Below are positions 58,214 to 64,000 of a stretch of 64,000 nucleotides of DNA, one piece after another. The first letter of the stretch is position 1. Each line of letters begins with the position of its first letter. A program made the position numbers and the translations under genes. Location: positions 62,651-126,650 of the forward strand of contig CAMCLD010000003.1 of NCBI GenBank assembly GCA_945875635.1, written 5' to 3'. The stretch is from an uncultured Prevotella sp. (GTDB taxonomy: Bacteria > Bacteroidota > Bacteroidia > Bacteroidales > Bacteroidaceae). The notes beneath the pieces were generated by a model. It saw nothing but the letters and a program-made list of their open reading frames with translations. It did no database searches and was not told where the DNA came from.

Positions 58214-59458
58214 CTATTCATCAGACATGAATACCTGCATGAATTGCTGAAGACGTATCAAGCCGTATGAACCAGACACGCAGGATATTTCGTCGAATGT
58301 ACGCACATCATCGGGAGTCATTCCCTTTTGCCATATTAGGAAAGGAACAGGTTCTCCTACATGGATGCGAAGCTCTACCGGTGTCAGATGGTCTGGCAAG
58401 ACTGCTATCCTGACACCTTCATCCATTCCGACGACTGCCTCGTAGATAGGCTTGACGATGCGCCTGTCGAGGTTTTCTATAGTTTTGAGCTTAAGCGGCA
58501 AGTCTCCATCGTGACCAGCCTCGTCGCTTGCCTCGACATGAAGGAATACGAAATCGTCTGTCTTAAGTGCCTCTATTGCTGCTTGCGCCTTGTTTTCATA
58601 ATTGGTATCTGCCTGTCCTGTCATGCCATCAACAATTATTGTCCTGAGTCCTGCATATTTGCCTATGCCCCTTATAAGGTCAACGGCTGATATAACGGCA
58701 CCTCGCTTAACCTGTTTCCATGTCTGCTGCAATGTTAGCATATCAGGACGGTATCCCCCACTCCACGGCCATATTGAATTTGCCTTTAAGTGCCTGTTTG
58801 CATTGAATGGATGTTTGTCGAGCAATTCATGCGACTTGACAATCAGGTCGTTTATCAAGTCGGCTGTTTCCTGTGGACTCATCCTTCCCATGCGCCTTTC
58901 CTTGTCAGCCTGTTCAGGAGTCAGAGACAAGGGTTTGACCAACAGAGGTTTCCACGCTTCATTTGGATGGTCGTGTGGAGGGAAGCATTCTATATATTTG
59001 CTTGCACCCTTTATCACAAGCAAGTGTCTGTACTGGATGCCTGTGATGAATCTCACCTTGTCACTGCCAAGATGAGTGTTGAGGTAGTCAATAAGCACAC
59101 CGCCTTCAGCTGTGGAAAGGTGACCTCCATGGTGATTCACAATCTTACCATCAGAGATTGTGATGATATTGCATCTGATAGCGAAATCATCATCTGTCAT
59201 ATCATAACCAATGGAGGCGGCTTCAAGTGGTCCCCTACCTTCATATACATCATCAAGATTATAGCCAAGTATGGCTGTATTTGCCACTTCCGAACCTGGC
59301 TGATAGCCTGCAGGGACAGTGACGAGACGTCCTGTTCGTCCCTCAGAAGCCAGTTTGTCCATATATGGAGTGTCGGCATATTGCATAGGTGTCTTGCCAG
59401 CAAGCCTCTCAACAGGATAGTCTGCCATGCCGTCGCCTAATATGATAATATGTTTCAT
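58214..59458 (-). CDS. ApgM-type cofactor-independent phosphoglycerate mutase-like protein; proposed homoserine kinase
   Basis: LGDGMAD, PGSEVAN, HVEASDEAGHDG and LPDHLTP metal-binding motifs; sits between thrA and thrC. Confidence 0.85.
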   Translation of the reverse strand: MKHIIILGDGMADYPVERLAGKTPMQYADTPYMDKLASEGRTGRLVTVPAGYQPGSEVANTAILGYNLDDVYEGRGPLEAASIGYDMTDDDFAIRCNIITISDGKIVNHHGGHLSTAEGGVLIDYLNTHLGSDKVRFITGIQYRHLLVIKGASKYIECFPPHDHPNEAWKPLLVKPLSLTPEQADKERRMGRMSPQETADLINDLIVKSHELLDKHPFNANRHLKANSIWPWSGGYRPDMLTLQQTWKQVKRGAVISAVDLIRGIGKYAGLRTIIVDGMTGQADTNYENKAQAAIEALKTDDFVFLHVEASDEAGHDGDLPLKLKTIENLDRRIVKPIYEAVVGMDEGVRIAVLPDHLTPVELRIHVGEPVPFLIWQKGMTPDDVRTFDEISCVSGSYGLIRLQQFMQVFMSDE

Positions 59459-59469
59459 AACTGAAATGA

Positions 59470-61905
59470 TTAGATATTGGCTATTGACATGATATTTGCA
59501 AACACACCTGCCGCCGTAACGCTGGCACCGGCTCCATAACCCTGTATCTGCATGGGGTATTCCTTGTATCTCTCTGTGGTAAGGAGGACAATGTTGTTGG
59601 AGCCTGCAAGATTATAGAAAGGATGGTCGTGGGCTACTTCCATGAGTTCGACACTTGTCCTGCCCGCTTCCATGCGTGCAACAAAACGCCAACGCATGTG
59701 CCTGCTTTCAAGTTGCTTGCGACGTTCTTCAAATGATGCGTCCAATGCGGGGAGTTTCTGCCAGAACTCATCAACACTTCCATTGAAATACTCGTCTGGA
59801 ACAAACAGATGCTTCTCCACGTCTGACTGCTCTACCTTATAACCAGCCTCACGCGTCAGTATGACCAGCTTACGGACTACATCCATACCGCTGAGGTCTA
59901 TCCTCGGGTCTGGCTCTGAATATCCTTGCTCTTTTGCACGCCTTACCGTTTCAGAGAATGGAACTTCGGCAGAGAGTTCGTTGAAGATAAAGTTTAGCGT
60001 TCCACTCAACACGGCTTCTATCTTGAGTATCTTGTCACCAGAATTCCTCAAGTCGTTTATGGTTCCTATTATTGGAAGACCGGCACCAACATTAGTCTCA
60101 TACCTGAACTTGACTCCCCTTGCAAGAGCCGTCTGTTTAAGTCGGCTGTAATTCTCATAATCACTTGACGCAGCTATCTTGTTTGCGGCAATGACAGATA
60201 TGTTATGCTCCAGAAATGTCTGATACAATGTGGATATCTCAGAGGAGGCAGTGCAGTCAACAAACACGCTGTTGAATATATTCATCTTCAGAATGTTGTC
60301 GCACAACGTCTTTGGGTCGCTCTCATCCGACTGGTTCAGTTCCTGTTCATATTCATCAAGGTTCAGTCCGTCACGGTCATATATAGCCTTATGTGAACTT
60401 GCTATGCCCACGACGTTGAGCTTGAGGCGGCTATGCTCCTTCAACTCTTCATATTGTGACTTTATCTGCTCTATGAGCTTGCTTCCTACTGTTCCTATTC
60501 CACAAATAAAGAGGTTGAGGACTTTATATTCGGAAAGGAAGAAGGAGTCGTGGATGACGTTAAGGGATTTGCGCAGGAACTCGGAATGGACTACAAAGGA
60601 TATATTGGTCTCTGAGGCTCCCTGGGCACAGGCAATAACGCTGACTCCACTTCTGCCAAGGGTTCCGAACAGCTTTCCAGCTATGCCAGGTGTATGTTTC
60701 ATGTTCTCACCCACAATGGCTATAGTGGCAAGATTGCTCTCCGCATGCATTGGGAACATGGCTCCCGTCTCTATCTCTTTTGAGAACTCACTGTCAAGGA
60801 CTCTCACTGCTTCCGAGGCATCTTCATCCCTGACACCTATGGATGTTGAATTCTCAGACGATGCCTGTGACACCATGAAAACGCTGATGCCGTTTTCTGC
60901 CAAAGCAGTGAATATTCGCCTGTTGACACCTATGACTCCCACCATTGACAGACCAGTAACGGTGATAAGCGTTGTGCCTTTAATGCTCGATATTCCCTTG
61001 ATGGGCTTACGGTCGTTCTCTATCTTGTTCTTGATTATTGTGCCTGCCGAATTGGGATTGAAAGTATTTTTTACCTTTATAGGGATATTCTCGACACAAA
61101 CAGGATATATTGTAGGGGGATATATAACTTTTGCACCAAAATTGCAAAGTTCCATCGCTTCAACATAACTAAGCTCGTTTATCGTGTAAGCGGTCTTGAT
61201 AACGCGAGGATCGGCTGTCATGAAGCCGTCAACATCTGTCCATATCTCAAGGACTTCGGCTCCTAATGATGCAGCAATGATAGAGGCGGTATAGTCGCTG
61301 CCGCCACGTCCCAGATTGGTAGTCTCATCATTATCCTTATCCATTGAGATGAAACCAGGAAGGACGGAAATACGGGGCAAGACGGTAAAGGTCTCTTTGA
61401 CAAGACGCTTGGTAAGCTCAGAGTCAAGTATATGCTTGTTGTTCTTGCGCTGGGTCTTGATAAAATCCCTTGAATCATACCATTTGGAACCTTTGATAAG
61501 CGTTGAGACAATATTTGAACTAAGACGCTCACCATAACTAACTATGGCATCTTGTGTCTTCTCACTTAAATCATGTATCAAATAAACACCAAAATAAATG
61601 GAACGCAACTGTTCTAACAACGCATCTACAATATTGAACAGTTTCTCCCGGGATTTCGTATCGTCAATGATAGTGTCTATCATCTTATGATGACGTTCAA
61701 CTATAATCTCGAACTCTGACTTCCAACGGTCATCACCGCGCTTGGCAAGAAGGGATGTCTCAAGAAGCTTGTCGGTTATTCCACCCAGTGCACTTACTAC
61801 TACCACTACTGGCTGGTGCTTTGCTTCATTTTCAACAATTCTCCTTAAACTTAAAATACTCTTCACGGAACCAACGGATGTTCCGCCAAATTTTAAAACT
61901 TTCAT
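59470..61905 (-). CDS. thrA: Bifunctional aspartokinase / homoserine dehydrogenase I
   Basis: KFGGTSV, LGRGGSDY, WTDVDG, ACT domains, GIGTVGS, ETNVGAGLP, GAGASVTA. Confidence 0.96.
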   Translation of the reverse strand: MKVLKFGGTSVGSVKSILSLRRIVENEAKHQPVVVVVSALGGITDKLLETSLLAKRGDDRWKSEFEIIVERHHKMIDTIIDDTKSREKLFNIVDALLEQLRSIYFGVYLIHDLSEKTQDAIVSYGERLSSNIVSTLIKGSKWYDSRDFIKTQRKNNKHILDSELTKRLVKETFTVLPRISVLPGFISMDKDNDETTNLGRGGSDYTASIIAASLGAEVLEIWTDVDGFMTADPRVIKTAYTINELSYVEAMELCNFGAKVIYPPTIYPVCVENIPIKVKNTFNPNSAGTIIKNKIENDRKPIKGISSIKGTTLITVTGLSMVGVIGVNRRIFTALAENGISVFMVSQASSENSTSIGVRDEDASEAVRVLDSEFSKEIETGAMFPMHAESNLATIAIVGENMKHTPGIAGKLFGTLGRSGVSVIACAQGASETNISFVVHSEFLRKSLNVIHDSFFLSEYKVLNLFICGIGTVGSKLIEQIKSQYEELKEHSRLKLNVVGIASSHKAIYDRDGLNLDEYEQELNQSDESDPKTLCDNILKMNIFNSVFVDCTASSEISTLYQTFLEHNISVIAANKIAASSDYENYSRLKQTALARGVKFRYETNVGAGLPIIGTINDLRNSGDKILKIEAVLSGTLNFIFNELSAEVPFSETVRRAKEQGYSEPDPRIDLSGMDVVRKLVILTREAGYKVEQSDVEKHLFVPDEYFNGSVDEFWQKLPALDASFEERRKQLESRHMRWRFVARMEAGRTSVELMEVAHDHPFYNLAGSNNIVLLTTERYKEYPMQIQGYGAGASVTAAGVFANIMSIANI

Positions 61906-61975
61906 TCTTATTACTATGACTTTTGTTAATATTAATGTTGCCCCAAAACAATAGGGGAAAACACAAACTTGAATA

Positions 61976-61983
61976 CAAAAGTA
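61976..61983 (-). promoter_or_regulatory. -7 promoter element for thrA
   Basis: Minus-strand TACTTTTG. Confidence 0.55.
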
Positions 61984-62088
61984 ATAATAATAATGTCAAC
62001 TGACAACAATTTGAGTCTTTTTTATTGAAAAAAAATATTATTTACAAGATAAACTTACACTTGATTGCAGGGAACAACAAACTAATAC

Positions 62089-62175
62089 AAGTTTCGGCAG
62101 TGCTCAACATAAGTAGTTAAAGGAAGTTGAAAGTAGTTATCTCTCCCTGAGGTTGCCAAGGAGGTTAAAAGACAA
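62089..62175. repeat. Second copy of the 87-bp dispersed repeat
   Basis: Ungapped 68/87 identity with 57942-58028, same orientation. Confidence 0.8.
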
Positions 62176-62181
62176 AAGTCT

Positions 62182-62407
62182 AAGGTTTTAAGGGTTTCAG
62201 GTCTTAGGTTCTATGGTTTCAGGTCTTAAGGTTTTAAGGTTTCAGGTCTTAAGGTTTTAAGGTTTCAGGTCTTAGGTTTTAAAGGTTTCAGGTCTTAAGG
62301 TTTTAAGGTTTCAGGTCTTAAGGTAAATAACCTCACGACCTCATAACCTTACAACCTCATAACCTTACAACCTCATAACCTAACGACCTCACAACCTCAT
62401 AACCTAT
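62182..62407. repeat. Head-to-head tandem arrays: six ~23-bp units, then ten 8-bp units
   Basis: (AAGGTTTT AAGGTTTC AGGTCTT)x6 at 62182-62319; (YRACCTHA)x10 at 62328-62407. Confidence 0.92.
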
Positions 62408-62453
62408 CTCATCTGGTTTCCCTAACTCTTTTATTCTAATGTCAATTGTGGTG

Positions 62454-63998
62454 TCAACCTTTCAGCTCAGCCAATGTCTCCTTCAAGGCTGCAATCTTCT
62501 CCTCTGAGTCGCTCTTTTTCTTACGCTCAAGGGCTACAACAGCTTCAGGGGCATTGGCAACAAACTTCTCATTGGAAAGCTTTTTGTTAATGCCTGCGAG
62601 GAATGACTCAAGGTGTTTCAACTGAGTCTCAATTTTCTCTATCTCAACAGACACGTCAATCTTGTCGCCAAGAGGTACTGCATACTCGGCTGTACCAACC
62701 ATGAAGGAGGATACCGTACCTTTCTTCTCCGCCACTACATCAATAGCATCAAGGTTTGCCATCTTGAAAAGCACTGAATTATATTGCTCTAAGGCATTGC
62801 TGCCGACAATCTGAAGTGAGAGTGCTTCACGGGGAGAAATGTTCTTTTGATTGCGGATTGTGCGGACACCTCCAATAATCGTCTTAAGTTTTTCGACATC
62901 GGATATTAATGCTGTCTCATCTGCTGAAGGACTGGAAAGTTCTAATTTATCTCTCATAATAGAGTCGCCATCTCTGCGCTCATATATATTCTGCCAAAGC
63001 TCTTCTGTTATAAACGGCATGAAAGGATGGAGCATCTTTAGCAAAACCTCAAAGAATCTCAAGGTCGCATCGTAAGTGTCCTTGTCAAGTGGCTTCTGAT
63101 ACTCTGGCTTTATCATCTCAAGATACCAACTGGAGAATTCGTCCCAGAATAGGCGATATACTGCCATGAGTGCTTCTGATATCCTATATTTCCTGAACAG
63201 GTCATCAACCTCAGCATTGGTTTCCTTCAACTTGGCTTCAAACCATTTTACAGCTATCTTGTTCCCTGTCGGCTGCTCTGCTTCTTCTGTATTCCAACCC
63301 TTTACAAGACGGAAGGCATTCCATATCTTGTTGTTGAAGTTGCGACCTTGCTCGCAAAGGCTCTCGTCAAACAGAATATCATTGCCTGCCGGAGCTGAAA
63401 GCATCATACCCATACGAACGCCATCGGCACCGAATTTTTCTATAAGTTCAATTGGGTCTGGAGAGTTGCCAAGGCTCTTTGACATCTTACGACCTAATTT
63501 GTCGCGAACTATTCCTGTGAAATATACATTCTTAAATGGTATCTTGCCCATATATTCCTCACCAGCCATTATCATACGGGCAACCCAGAAGAATATTATA
63601 TCTGGAGCTGTTACCAAGTCGCTTGTGGGATAATAGTATTCTATCTCTGAATTTCCCGGATTGTTTATTCCATCGAATAGGGATATAGGCCACAACCATG
63701 AAGAGAACCATGTGTCAAGGGCATCATCATCCTGACGTAAGTCTTTGATTTCAAGGCTACTGTTGCCAGACTTTTCACGTGCAAGTTCAAGAGCTTCATC
63801 TACTGTCTCTGCAACAACGAACTGTTCGTCTCCATAATAATAAGCTGGTATTCTATGACCCCACCACAACTGACGGGATATACACCAGTCCTGAATATTC
63901 TCAAGCCAGTTCTTGTATGTTGTCTTATATTTTGCAGGATAGAAATTCATATCACCATTCATAACAGGTGGCAACGCAATATCTGCAAAATGTTGCAT
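62454..63998 (-). CDS. valS: Valyl-tRNA synthetase, C-terminal part (5' end outside window)
   Basis: [41 protein letters not shown]-terminal coiled coil. Confidence 0.97.
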   Translation of the reverse strand: MQHFADIALPPVMNGDMNFYPAKYKTTYKNWLENIQDWCISRQLWWGHRIPAYYYGDEQFVVAETVDEALELAREKSGNSSLEIKDLRQDDDALDTWFSSWLWPISLFDGINNPGNSEIEYYYPTSDLVTAPDIIFFWVARMIMAGEEYMGKIPFKNVYFTGIVRDKLGRKMSKSLGNSPDPIELIEKFGADGVRMGMMLSAPAGNDILFDESLCEQGRNFNNKIWNAFRLVKGWNTEEAEQPTGNKIAVKWFEAKLKETNAEVDDLFRKYRISEALMAVYRLFWDEFSSWYLEMIKPEYQKPLDKDTYDATLRFFEVLLKMLHPFMPFITEELWQNIYERRDGDSIMRDKLELSSPSADETALISDVEKLKTIIGGVRTIRNQKNISPREALSLQIVGSNALEQYNSVLFKMANLDAIDVVAEKKGTVSSFMVGTAEYAVPLGDKIDVSVEIEKIETQLKHLESFLAGINKKLSNEKFVANAPEAVVALERKKKSDSEEKIAALKETLAELKG

Positions 63999-64000
63999 AC

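Noticed and set aside
60230-61168. 312-aa plus-strand ORF, and similar antisense ORFs such as 13190-13663, 17051-17626, 21157-21741, 35119-35679 and 58790-59440
   Set aside because: They lie wholly antisense to confidently identified genes and have no recognisable motifs; shadow ORFs.
61906-62088. Thr-rich leader peptide attenuator upstream of thrA
   Set aside because: No Thr/Ile-rich ORF or terminator between the -7 element and the ATG; only a 4-bp CCCC/GGGG stem.
62182-62407. Tandem array as CRISPR or as a coding low-complexity ORF
   Set aside because: There are no unique spacers, and the 7-9-bp units with indels do not keep a reading frame.
1-64000. Prophage, IS, integrase, defence system, rRNA or tRNA genes
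   Set aside because: No ORF or RNA motif of these classes was recognised; nearly all sequence is accounted for by core genes.

Overview
This is a gene-dense chromosomal window from a Bacteroidales bacterium, most likely Prevotellaceae. The assignment rests on TAnnTTTG promoters, an LpxC-FabZ fusion and a Prevotella-style short T9SS C-terminal domain. From left to right it contains: prfA (3' end), pyrF, an HD hydrolase, lpxD-lpxC/fabZ-lpxA-miaA, a class A PBP, rlmH, outer-membrane proteins, a BtuC/BtuF-like pair, a DASS transporter, an uncharacterised kinase/regulator/mini-AbgT module behind kdgK-eda, LacI-uxaA, a DUF2723-type membrane glycosyltransferase-like protein, rny-zapA, wcaJ-rfbA-wzc, a TolC/HlyD/ABC-2 cluster, an M6 protease, pgm, mrp, thrA-apgM-thrC and valS (3' part). 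I found no rRNA, tRNA, CRISPR array, integrase or transposase. The strongest leads are: (1) a 1190-aa tandem sensor kinase whose first half has an intact ATP-binding domain but no canonical H-box, while its second half has an H-box-like motif but a degenerate ATP-binding domain; (2) a DASS/SLC13 transporter with a ~170-aa soluble domain inserted in a loop, possibly circularly permuted; (3) a family of related intergenic repeat elements in the right third of the window, including an 87-bp dispersed repeat, a 17-bp inverted pair around the protease and pgm genes, and a head-to-head AGGT/ACCT array after valS. Family assignments come from motif recognition by eye; no searches were run.
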